A stretch of DNA of 32,000 nucleotides, taken from the NCBI GenBank assembly GCA_963704435.1, contig OY969902.1, positions 690,001-722,000 on the forward strand, written 5' to 3'. Origin of the DNA: an uncultured archaeon (GTDB taxonomy: Archaea; Micrarchaeota; Micrarchaeia; Micrarchaeales; CABMGC01). Below the pieces are notes generated by a model, which saw only the letters and a list, made by a program, of their open reading frames with translations, searched no databases and was not told where the DNA came from. This document shows, piece by piece, positions 18,398 to 26,016 of this stretch (within the stretch, counting starts at the first letter, position 1; each line of letters opens with the position of its first letter). A program made the translations under genes and the position numbers.

Positions 18398-18883
18398 CTA
18401 GATTTGCGTTTTAGTAAGCTTTCTCATAGCCAGTCGATGCAAATTCCAGAGTATGATCGGCATAAGAAGATTATACCAGAAAGACGTAGCATCTATGTAT
18501 TCGTGTACTCGATCAACTTTTCCGTTTCGTATATGATAGGTAATACAGTACCTTAAGGTGCCAGTACGTACATCTCCTTTGAAGCCAAAGGTAAATTTGC
18601 CTGTCGATTTGGCTCCGTGTGTATATTCAATACACAAATTTTCCTTATTTGCAAACCAGTTTGTAATTTTTATTTTGTGTTGCTTGTCATGTGTTCTGCC
18701 AGACATGGCAATATCAACAAATGCCCGAAGTTCTCGTGCCCCGCGGTACTCGGTTCCGCCTGGTTCCATGATCCAGACACAATCATTAGTTAGATAACTT
18801 ATAGTTCGCTTAAGATTCTCGCTGTCATTCGCCACGAGGTCTAACAGGTCCTTTATAAGCTGTTCATTGCGCTTATCCAACAC
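18398..18883 (-). CDS. SnoaL-like / NTF2-fold protein
   Basis: 161 aa: LTNDCVWIMEPGGTEYRGARELRAFVDIA...TGTLRYCITYHIRNGKVDRVHEYIDATSF. Confidence 0.7.
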   Translation of the reverse strand: MLDKRNEQLIKDLLDLVANDSENLKRTISYLTNDCVWIMEPGGTEYRGARELRAFVDIAMSGRTHDKQHKIKITNWFANKENLCIEYTHGAKSTGKFTFGFKGDVRTGTLRYCITYHIRNGKVDRVHEYIDATSFWYNLLMPIILWNLHRLAMRKLTKTQI

Positions 18884-18998
18884 ATCTCCTAATTTTATTT
18901 TTATAGTCAGATTGATATATGTCCCACCAACATCCTCCAGGGTTCATATCTCATACATAGACGACAGGCTCAATTCTGTCGTCGTAAGACACACCGCT

Positions 18999-19142
18999 TG
19001 GGGTTGCCGGGATTTGAACCCGGACATGCAGGTGACTTCTGCGATCATTGATCATCGCTCCAAATCCTAATCATCGCCATATGGCTCAATCGAATTATAA
19101 ACATCTGGAGCCTGCCGCGCTGCCAGGTTACGCCACAACCCC
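18999..19142 (-). tRNA. tRNA-Trp(CCA) with 71-nt intron (19034..19104) at position 37/38
   Basis: Acceptor GGGGTTG/CAACCCC with A73, D-arm GCGTAACCTGGCAGCGC, split anticodon stem GCAGG/CCTGC, loop CTCCAG|A, T-arm CCGGG-TTCAAAT-CCCGG. Confidence 0.92.
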
Positions 19143-19213
19143 TCGTTTTTTATCTTGCAGTGTGGAATATATATTCCTTATCGTAAACTGTATCTGTTCG
19201 TGCAAGTGTTGTG

Positions 19214-19819
19214 ATGATAAAGGCCATAATATTCGATGTAGGCGGAGTCATAATCGACTTCAGCAATGACGACGACTATTATCCCTACCTCTCAAAGGTC
19301 AGCGGCGCTAGCATCAGGAAGATAAAGAAGCTGATAGAGGGAAGGCTGTGGGTGCAGCTGGACAAGGACGAGATCTCGCAGAATGAACTGGACAGGACGG
19401 TGTCGCGCAGGCTCGGCATTTGCGAGAAGGAAGTGAGGTGGTACGAGTCCTATGAGGAGACGGGCAGGATAAACCAGAAGGTAATCAATGACATAAGAAA
19501 GCTTTCAAGGAATTACGAGATCGCGTACCTCTCCAACGTGGACCTTTCAAGGTACACCTACACGCTGAAGCTGATGAGGTCCTATCGTAAGCTGTTCAAG
19601 CACGAGTTCGCCTCGTGCTACCTGCATATGAGGAAGCCGGACACGAAGATATTCAAGTATGTGCTCTCGAAGATGTTATTGAAGCCGAGCGAGGCCATCT
19701 TCATAGACAATACGCTAGAGAACGTAAAGGGGGCGAGGCGAGCGGGATTAAAAGCCATACTGTTCAAGGACAGCAGGGGCATGGATGCGGATCTGCGCAG
19801 GCTGGGAGTGAGGTTTTAG
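19214..19819 (+). CDS. HAD-superfamily hydrolase
   Basis: IKAIIFDVGGVIIDF...LSNVDL...KPDTKIFKYVLSKMLLKPSEAIFIDNTLENVKGARRAGLKAILF. A GTG alternative start lies at 19211. Confidence 0.85.
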   Translation: MIKAIIFDVGGVIIDFSNDDDYYPYLSKVSGASIRKIKKLIEGRLWVQLDKDEISQNELDRTVSRRLGICEKEVRWYESYEETGRINQKVINDIRKLSRNYEIAYLSNVDLSRYTYTLKLMRSYRKLFKHEFASCYLHMRKPDTKIFKYVLSKMLLKPSEAIFIDNTLENVKGARRAGLKAILFKDSRGMDADLRRLGVRF

Positions 19820-19820
19820 C

Positions 19821-21272
19821 ATGGTGGCTGCGGTCGCGGACGAGAAAGGCATAACCGTCAAGAAGAAGGACAACTTCTCCGAGTGGTACACGCAGGTCCT
19901 GATAAAATCAGGGTTCATCGACTACAGCGAAGTATCCGGAGCGATAGTATTCAGGCCGTACGCGTATTTCGCCTGGCAAGAGATTTCGAAAGCGGTGGAC
20001 GCTGAATTGCGGAAGAACGGGGTAGAGGATGTCTACTTCCCAATGCTCATACCTGAGAGGCTCCTGTTGAAGGAGAAGGAGCACTTCGAGGGGTTCAACC
20101 CCGAGGTGGCCTGGGTCACCGAGACAGGGAACTCCAAACTGACCGAGCGGCTTGCGATTAGGCCCACTTCCGAGACGATAATGTACGTGAACTACTCGAA
20201 ATGGATAAGGTCGTGGAGGGACCTCCCTCTCAGGTACAACCAGTGGAACAACGTCCTAAGGTGGGAGTTCAAGCACCCCACGCCGTTCATAAGGTCGAGG
20301 GAGTTCCTCTGGAACGAGGGGCACACGGTGTTCGCTACGAGAGACGAGGCGCTGAGGGAGAGGGACTTCGTGCTGGAGATGTACCAACGCATCCTTAGGG
20401 ACTACCTGGCCCTCCCAGGAATTCCCGGCACGAAGAGCGACCACGAGAAGTTCGCGGGCGCAGAGGCCAGCTACAGCATCGAGCACATTATGCCCGACGG
20501 CTGGGCGCTGCAGGGGCCAGACTTCCACAGTGACGGCCAGAACTTCTCCAAGGCCTTTGAGATAAAGTTCCTTAACCGCGAGGGTTCGCAGGAGTACGCG
20601 TGGCAGAACACGTACGCGATCACGACGAGGGAGCTCGGCGTCGTGGTGGCCGTGCACGGCGATGACAAGGGTCTTGTCCTTCCTCCAAAGATAGCCTATG
20701 TCCAGGTCGTGATAGTCCCGATACTGAAGACTGACGCGTCAAGGGAGGTGCTGGAATTCGCCAAGAAGCTGGAGAGGAGGCTCGCGATAAGGTACAGGGT
20801 CAGGCTCGATTCTAGGGAAGACTACACCCCCGGCTACAAGTTCAACGAGTGGGAGCTCAAGGGCGTGCCTCTGAGGATAGAGGTCGGCCCCAGGGACATG
20901 GCCAAGGGCACTGTAGTCTGCGTCAGGAGGGACACTGGCAGAAAGGAAGAGGTGAAGCACGAGTCCGTGGAGAGCGAGGTGGGCAGGCTTCTCGACCAGA
21001 TCCAGGCGGACCTGTACGAGAGGGCGAAGTCGCTCCTCAAGGATAGCGTGCACCTGGCGGATAGCTATGATTCGCTTAAGAGCATACTCGACACGAAGAA
21101 GGGCATAGCGCACGCGCCGTGGTGCGGCGACACCAAGTGCGAGCTTTCGGTGAAGGAGGAGACAGGTGCGAAAATCACCAACATCCCGTTTGACCAGAAG
21201 GGCTTGAAGGGAGACTGCGTCTACTGCGGCAAGAAGGCCAAATTCATGGCAAACTTCGCCAGGTCCTACTGA
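19821..21272 (+). CDS. proS: Prolyl-tRNA synthetase, archaeal/eukaryal type
   Basis: NFSEWYTQVLIKSGFIDYS, GFNPEVAWVT, RPTSETIMY, WNNVLRWEFKHPTPFIRSREFLWNEGHTVFA. Confidence 0.97.
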   Translation: MVAAVADEKGITVKKKDNFSEWYTQVLIKSGFIDYSEVSGAIVFRPYAYFAWQEISKAVDAELRKNGVEDVYFPMLIPERLLLKEKEHFEGFNPEVAWVTETGNSKLTERLAIRPTSETIMYVNYSKWIRSWRDLPLRYNQWNNVLRWEFKHPTPFIRSREFLWNEGHTVFATRDEALRERDFVLEMYQRILRDYLALPGIPGTKSDHEKFAGAEASYSIEHIMPDGWALQGPDFHSDGQNFSKAFEIKFLNREGSQEYAWQNTYAITTRELGVVVAVHGDDKGLVLPPKIAYVQVVIVPILKTDASREVLEFAKKLERRLAIRYRVRLDSREDYTPGYKFNEWELKGVPLRIEVGPRDMAKGTVVCVRRDTGRKEEVKHESVESEVGRLLDQIQADLYERAKSLLKDSVHLADSYDSLKSILDTKKGIAHAPWCGDTKCELSVKEETGAKITNIPFDQKGLKGDCVYCGKKAKFMANFARSY

Positions 21273-21311
21273 CCCTTGGATTCACTTCGCCAACCAAGCG
21301 GCGCTGGCCCG

Positions 21312-22178
21312 CTAACCCGCTATGAGCAGGTAAGTGAACAGCAGAAGTATCGCGCCTAGCGCCAGCTTCTTCTCGATCTCGTCCTCTTTGAAGAGCAGGC
21401 CGCCGGCAAGCACGGTCATCACGACGTAGACCGTGTTCCTGACGGGCGTCACCAGGCTGACATCCGCGCCCACCAGGGATAGGTAGTAAGTCATCCCATA
21501 GCCGAGCGTCAGCACGGCCATCAGCAGTATCGGGAGCGCGTATGTCTTCACTGTGCTGACTATCTCCTTCACGCCCCCGTACTTGAAGGATATGAAGACG
21601 GCGAAGTCGAACGCGACGAATATCTCCGAGAGGACGAAGAAGGTGAAGACGTCGACTCCCGTTGCGGAGAGTATGTACTTGGTGAGTATCGCCTGCGCCG
21701 CCACGAGGAACGACCTCACTATTATCATCGTCATGTACTTGTTGCTCTCGAAAGGCTTCTTTCCGCGTTCGAAGAGGAGCGCGTAGATGACTACTGTTAT
21801 CACAGCTATGCTCACGTACTGCAGGTAGTCCAGGTGCTCCCCCAGCAGAGGGAGCGCCAGCAGCACGACGAACACGCTGGGCAGTGAGCTGAACGCGGCC
21901 GATGCGACGGATACGCTGCCGTGCCTGTAGACCCTTGCCGCAAGCAGGTACGTCAGGGCTATCAGTATCCCGTTCGCGAAGACGAGCGCAAGCTGGAACG
22001 CTGTGAAGTTGAAGTTCTGAGCTAGGAGCAGGAGGGGCAGGGAGAGTATTGCCGCGATGAAGCTAAATGCCGAAGTGAATGCGGTCGCGTGCTCCCTCTT
22101 GAGGGAGAATTTCTCCACTATCGTGAACATGCCCAGCATTATCGAGGACGCTAGGGCGAAGTAGTACCACGCGATCAT
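21312..22178 (-). CDS. EamA/DMT-superfamily multi-TM transporter
   Basis: 288 aa, about 10 hydrophobic segments. Pattern includes SVASAAFSSLPSVFVVLLALPLLGEHLDYLQY and DVSLVTPVRNTVYVVMTVLAGGLLFKEDEIEKKLALGAILL. Confidence 0.8.
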   Translation of the reverse strand: MIAWYYFALASSIMLGMFTIVEKFSLKREHATAFTSAFSFIAAILSLPLLLLAQNFNFTAFQLALVFANGILIALTYLLAARVYRHGSVSVASAAFSSLPSVFVVLLALPLLGEHLDYLQYVSIAVITVVIYALLFERGKKPFESNKYMTMIIVRSFLVAAQAILTKYILSATGVDVFTFFVLSEIFVAFDFAVFISFKYGGVKEIVSTVKTYALPILLMAVLTLGYGMTYYLSLVGADVSLVTPVRNTVYVVMTVLAGGLLFKEDEIEKKLALGAILLLFTYLLIAG

Positions 22179-22200
22179 TGGAACATCTCACTTGTTCGGA

Positions 22201-22273
22201 TAGCCCCGACCGGATTCGAACCGGTGTAAGCGGGTCCAAAGCCCGCTATCCTTGGCCGCTAGATGACAGGGCT
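22201..22273 (-). tRNA. tRNA-Gln(TTG)
   Basis: Acceptor AGCCCTG/CGGGGCT with A73, anticodon stem GCGGG/CCCGC with loop CTTTGGA, T-arm ACCGG-TTCGAAT-CCGGT; 73 nt, no intron. Confidence 0.95.
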
Positions 22274-22326
22274 TCATAGCTATGTATGATTCTCCATATT
22301 TAAGTTTTTATGGCGCGCAGGGCTTC

Positions 22327-22734
22327 TCAGAGCTCCCTGGTCTCGGCATCGATCGGCTTGCGCTCGTGCTCGAAGGCCGCAGTCTTAGCCGCCTTGAGCG
22401 AAAGGGTCGCGCAGTGCATCCTAACGGGACCCGGGTCGACCCCTATGAGCTTCAGCAGGTCCGCCCGGGTCATCTTCTCCAAAGTGCGCAGGCTCTTCCC
22501 TTTCAGCCGCTCGGTGAGCAGGCTTGCGGTGCCCATGGATATCACACAGCCCGACCCATCGAACGAGACGTCGGCCAGCTCGTCCTTCTCTATCTTCAGG
22601 TACACCGTGATTGAGTCGCCGCACGAGGCGTTCTCCTCGCTCGCGCTTACGGTGGCGTCAGCCATCCTCCTCTTGTTGAGCGGATGCTCGTAGTTGTGTA
22701 TCAGCTCCTCGGCGTATATGTCAAGCCCTGCCAT
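22327..22734 (-). CDS. IscU/SufU-like Fe-S cluster scaffold protein
   Basis: ELIHNYEHPLNKRRM, ENASCGDSITVYLKI, FDGSGCVISMGTASLLTE and VRMHCATLSLKAA supply three Cys plus the Asp context. The internal ATG at 22734 is preferred over 22779. Confidence 0.88.
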   Translation of the reverse strand: MAGLDIYAEELIHNYEHPLNKRRMADATVSASEENASCGDSITVYLKIEKDELADVSFDGSGCVISMGTASLLTERLKGKSLRTLEKMTRADLLKLIGVDPGPVRMHCATLSLKAAKTAAFEHERKPIDAETREL

Positions 22735-22842
22735 GCGAATTCGACCTTCCAGATCCTTTCCAATAATCGGGCGCAACACCGATATAAATGCATTAGGCGT
22801 CCGTCCACACTCGGTTATAAAACCATAAAGTCAATTGATATC

Positions 22843-23208
22843 ATGCATAGGCTCATACTCGACACCAGCTCGATAATCTTCGCGGCATCCAGGAAGGTGG
22901 ACGTGTTCCGCTCGGTGGAGGAGCAGCTCGGAGCGGTTCCGGTCGTCTCGTCAGGCGTCATGCGGGAGCTCAACGGCATCGCGATGGGCAGGACGAAGGA
23001 GGGCAGGTCCGCCAGGGTGGCGCTCGAGATGATGAAGTGCCACGGCGTGGAGGTCGTGAAGGACGACGGGGACGTGGACAAGTGGGTGTTCCGCGTAGGC
23101 AGGGCTCCGAGCGTCTACGTCTGCACAAACGATATTAACCTTAAGCGGGCATTAAGGAAAGAGGGCAAGCGCGCGCTCAGCGTCTCCGAGAACGGAGTAC
23201 TGAGGTAG
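22843..23208 (+). CDS. PIN-domain protein (FCF1/NOB1-like nuclease fold)
   Basis: MHRLILDTSSIIFAASRKVDVF...VVSSGVMRELNGIA...VYVCTNDINLKRALRKEGKRALSVSENGVLR. The track extension 5' of 22843 overlaps the divergent scaffold gene. Confidence 0.75.
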   Translation: MHRLILDTSSIIFAASRKVDVFRSVEEQLGAVPVVSSGVMRELNGIAMGRTKEGRSARVALEMMKCHGVEVVKDDGDVDKWVFRVGRAPSVYVCTNDINLKRALRKEGKRALSVSENGVLR

Positions 23209-23252
23209 TATATTATATATGTTTGACCCAAATCTTACTGCTTGGTGAGCTT

Positions 23253-23825
23253 TTGTATTACAAGTATACCGTTACCGACTCGATAAGCGTACCCCCTAAG
23301 TACATCGGGGAGGACGTGGCCGGGGCGACCACGAAGATACTGAGGATGAAGTACGAGAGGACGCTCGACAAGGACATGGGCATAATGCTCGTGGTTTTCA
23401 ACGTAAGGGACATAAGCGACGGCTACATCCTGCCCACCGATCCTAACATCCACCACGATGTCACGTTCGACGTGCTGACCTTCGGGCTTGAGGTGGACGA
23501 GGTCGTGGTGGGGGAGGTCTCCGAGCTCGCGGACTTCGGCCTTTTCGTGAGGCTCGGCCCGATAGACGGACTGGTCCACCTGTCCCAGATAACCAGCGAC
23601 TTCATAACGTACGACAGGAAGATGGGGGTCTTCTCTTCGAAGAACTCCAAGAGGTCCGTGAAGAAGGGCGACACCGTGTACGCCAAGGTCTCCACGATAA
23701 GCATGAGGAACACGATACAGGACATAAGGATAGCGCTCACGATGAGGGCCGAGGGCTTCGGCAGGCCCGAATGGATAAAGGAGGACAAGCTCAGGGTCGT
23801 GAAGGAGAAGAGAAGGAGGAAATAG
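23253..23825 (+). CDS. rpo7: DNA-directed RNA polymerase subunit E' (Rpo7)
   Basis: YYKYTVTDSISVPPKYIGEDV... and an S1 domain GEVSELADFGLFVRLGPIDGLVHLSQI. Probable TTG start at 23253 after GGTGAG. Confidence 0.93.
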   Translation: MYYKYTVTDSISVPPKYIGEDVAGATTKILRMKYERTLDKDMGIMLVVFNVRDISDGYILPTDPNIHHDVTFDVLTFGLEVDEVVVGEVSELADFGLFVRLGPIDGLVHLSQITSDFITYDRKMGVFSSKNSKRSVKKGDTVYAKVSTISMRNTIQDIRIALTMRAEGFGRPEWIKEDKLRVVKEKRRRK

Positions 23826-23826
23826 C

Positions 23827-24411
23827 GTGGTCGTTGCTTTACAGCCGGTGCAAACTGAAGGGAATAGAGGGATTGCGCCCGTGCAGATAAAAGAGGCTAC
23901 CGCCACTCAGGCCCTTTCCAAAATACTGACAGGCGTAAGCCTTGACGCAAAGAAAGGACTCCGGAGCTATTATGAAAGGAAGTCCGGCGAGCTCTCTCGC
24001 GAAGCGGAAGGCAGGAAAAGGGAAAGGAAGGGACGCCCCACTGGAAACAAATACAGAGTAATAATGACCGGCCGTGCTATGGGTTACAGGAACATGGCCG
24101 CCGAGACGGACGAGCCTAAAGAGCGGGCCGTGCAGGTATTGGATTCCGAAGTGAGAACGGCGCTATACCTGTATTTCATGGGAATGGCGCACCGGGCGGA
24201 GATGGCAGTCCCTCTGCGTAGCAGGATGGACTTGTTCGTGTCTTTGGCTGCGCCACGAGAAGCGTACTTCGCCGCCGAAGGCAAGAAAGGAAACCTGCCG
24301 CTTGATGACTATTTCAAAAAAGTTGGAGAGGAATCGGCATTCAGGATTACTGCCAAACACCTTGGTGTGATAATCCAACTAGAGGAATCATTCAGGTCTA
24401 TTAAGAAGTGA
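23827..24411 (+). CDS. Hypothetical basic protein between rpo7 and spt4
   Basis: 194-aa ORF tightly spaced with both neighbours; basic linker EGRKRERKGRPTGNKY; no recognised family. Confidence 0.75.
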   Translation: MVVALQPVQTEGNRGIAPVQIKEATATQALSKILTGVSLDAKKGLRSYYERKSGELSREAEGRKRERKGRPTGNKYRVIMTGRAMGYRNMAAETDEPKERAVQVLDSEVRTALYLYFMGMAHRAEMAVPLRSRMDLFVSLAAPREAYFAAEGKKGNLPLDDYFKKVGEESAFRITAKHLGVIIQLEESFRSIKK

Positions 24412-24415
24412 TCAC

Positions 24416-24607
24416 ATGGTAGAAAAAGCATGCAAGAACTGCAAACTCATCATCTCGCAGGGGGACACCTGTCCGATCTGCGGGCAGAAGAACCTGACAT
24501 CTAAATGGACAGGATATGTTGTCGTGCTAAATGCGGAGAAGTCCGATGTTGCGAAGAAGCTCGGCCTGAAGGTCAACGGCTCTTACGCCATACACATGAA
24601 CGACTGA
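24416..24607 (+). CDS. spt4: Transcription elongation factor Spt4 (RpoE'')
   Basis: KACKNCKLIISQGDTCPICGQKNLTSKWTGYVVVLNAEKSDVAKKLGLKVNGSYAI. Confidence 0.93.
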   Translation: MVEKACKNCKLIISQGDTCPICGQKNLTSKWTGYVVVLNAEKSDVAKKLGLKVNGSYAIHMND

Positions 24608-24634
24608 CTCCTGTTTGTGGACTGTGCCGCAGCG

Positions 24635-25330
24635 CTATTTCCCTTTTGCCTCCTCCTTTGCGCGCGCGTAATCCTCCTCCACGACCACCTTCTCTATCTT
24701 CCCCATGTACCTGAGCGCGGAGTTGACGAAGTTGGACTTGTTGACCAGGAACTTCGAGTCCTTCTCCACCTTGTCCCCAAAAGTGACCTTCATCTGGCCT
24801 CCGGATACCGAGACTGCATCGGGCTTTAGAGAGAACGCTTCGGCCAGCGCCTTGGCCTTCCCTGCGTCGTCGTCGATCTTCTCGACCACCTTGATCTCGT
24901 ACTTCAGCTTCTCTCCAGCCAGCGGATGGTTCGCGTCCACGACGACCCTTCCCGAGTTTATGCTCTTCACGACCGCGACCATGTTGTCGAGCTCGAGCTG
25001 CATCCCCGGATACGGCTCGATATCCCTCTTCCTGAAGTCGCCCAGCGGAAGCACCCTTACGAGGTCCGGGTTCCTATCAGAGAAAGCGTCCTTGGCCTCT
25101 ATCTCAACGGTCTTGGACTCGTTGACGCCCATCGAGCGCACGGCGTCGTCCACGCCCTTTATGACGCTCCCCTTCCCGATTATCACCAGCTGAGGCGCGT
25201 AGGATGCGTCCTTGTCCAGCATGCCGTTCTCCTCCGCGACCTTCCTGATGGTGGTGTGCGCGAGCATGTTGTCCGCGACCCGCCACGCGCTGTAGTCTAT
25301 CTTTACGAAATCTCCGTCGATGAAAGGCAA
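24635..25330 (-). CDS. FKBP-type peptidyl-prolyl cis-trans isomerase (SlyD-like)
   Basis: GDFVKIDYSAWR, PQLVIIGKGSVIKGVDDAVRSMGVNESKTVEIEAKDAF, VVVDANHPLAGEKLKYEIKVVE. Confidence 0.9.
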   Translation of the reverse strand: MPFIDGDFVKIDYSAWRVADNMLAHTTIRKVAEENGMLDKDASYAPQLVIIGKGSVIKGVDDAVRSMGVNESKTVEIEAKDAFSDRNPDLVRVLPLGDFRKRDIEPYPGMQLELDNMVAVVKSINSGRVVVDANHPLAGEKLKYEIKVVEKIDDDAGKAKALAEAFSLKPDAVSVSGGQMKVTFGDKVEKDSKFLVNKSNFVNSALRYMGKIEKVVVEEDYARAKEEAKGK

Positions 25331-25394
25331 GGGCTCACCTGAATCAATAACTTATTATTATCTTGTTCACCTTAATAAATTAGAGGGTTTTGGC

Positions 25395-26006
25395 TTGGAA
25401 AAGAAGAGCGTTATCGAGATTGTCGGGGCAATATTCATAGTCCTGATATTCCTGACGTCCTATGCCGCGTTCTCGAACTCGAGCACTAACCTGGGCGGAA
25501 AGACAACGACGACCGTGCTGGTGCAGACCTACTACGCCACGGCCCAGGCCAAGGCGAACATAACCTCCTACGGCCAGGTCCTCGCGGTGAACGTCTCGTG
25601 CGCGAACGCCACCGGAGTGGAATCCTCCATAAGCAGCCTCCTCACGGTCATGGAGAGGAACGGCTCGGTCAGCAACTTCTACTCGCCCAGCCCCGGGCAG
25701 ATCCTGGTGCAACTGGGCAATTATACCGCATATGGGGCGTATGCGTACCTCGCGGGCCGCATCGGCGCAGGCGCGTCATGCGCGAGCTTCGCTTCGCAGG
25801 CGACAGTGCAGCTGCCGGCCAGCATGCCCTTCCGCATCCCGCTCGCCAAGTCAACCCTGACCGTGGAGATACCGAGCGGCCAGAGGAGTTTTGTGCTTCC
25901 GGTGGTGCTCAGTGCAGGCATGGTCCGGTCCGTGAACGTCTCCGTAGCCGCGCTCGTCACAGAGACCGGCGCAGTCTACGGCAACATGACAGTCACGAGG
26001 GCCTAA
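25395..26006 (+). CDS. Small membrane-anchored extracellular hypothetical protein
   Basis: TTG-initiated (M)EKKSVIEIVGAIFIVLIFLTSYAAFSNSS..., a TM helix followed by a Ser/Ala/Val-rich exported domain. The track start at 25320 is probably too early. Confidence 0.65.
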   Translation: MEKKSVIEIVGAIFIVLIFLTSYAAFSNSSTNLGGKTTTTVLVQTYYATAQAKANITSYGQVLAVNVSCANATGVESSISSLLTVMERNGSVSNFYSPSPGQILVQLGNYTAYGAYAYLAGRIGAGASCASFASQATVQLPASMPFRIPLAKSTLTVEIPSGQRSFVLPVVLSAGMVRSVNVSVAALVTETGAVYGNMTVTRA

Positions 26007-26016
26007 TGGTGGTGGA

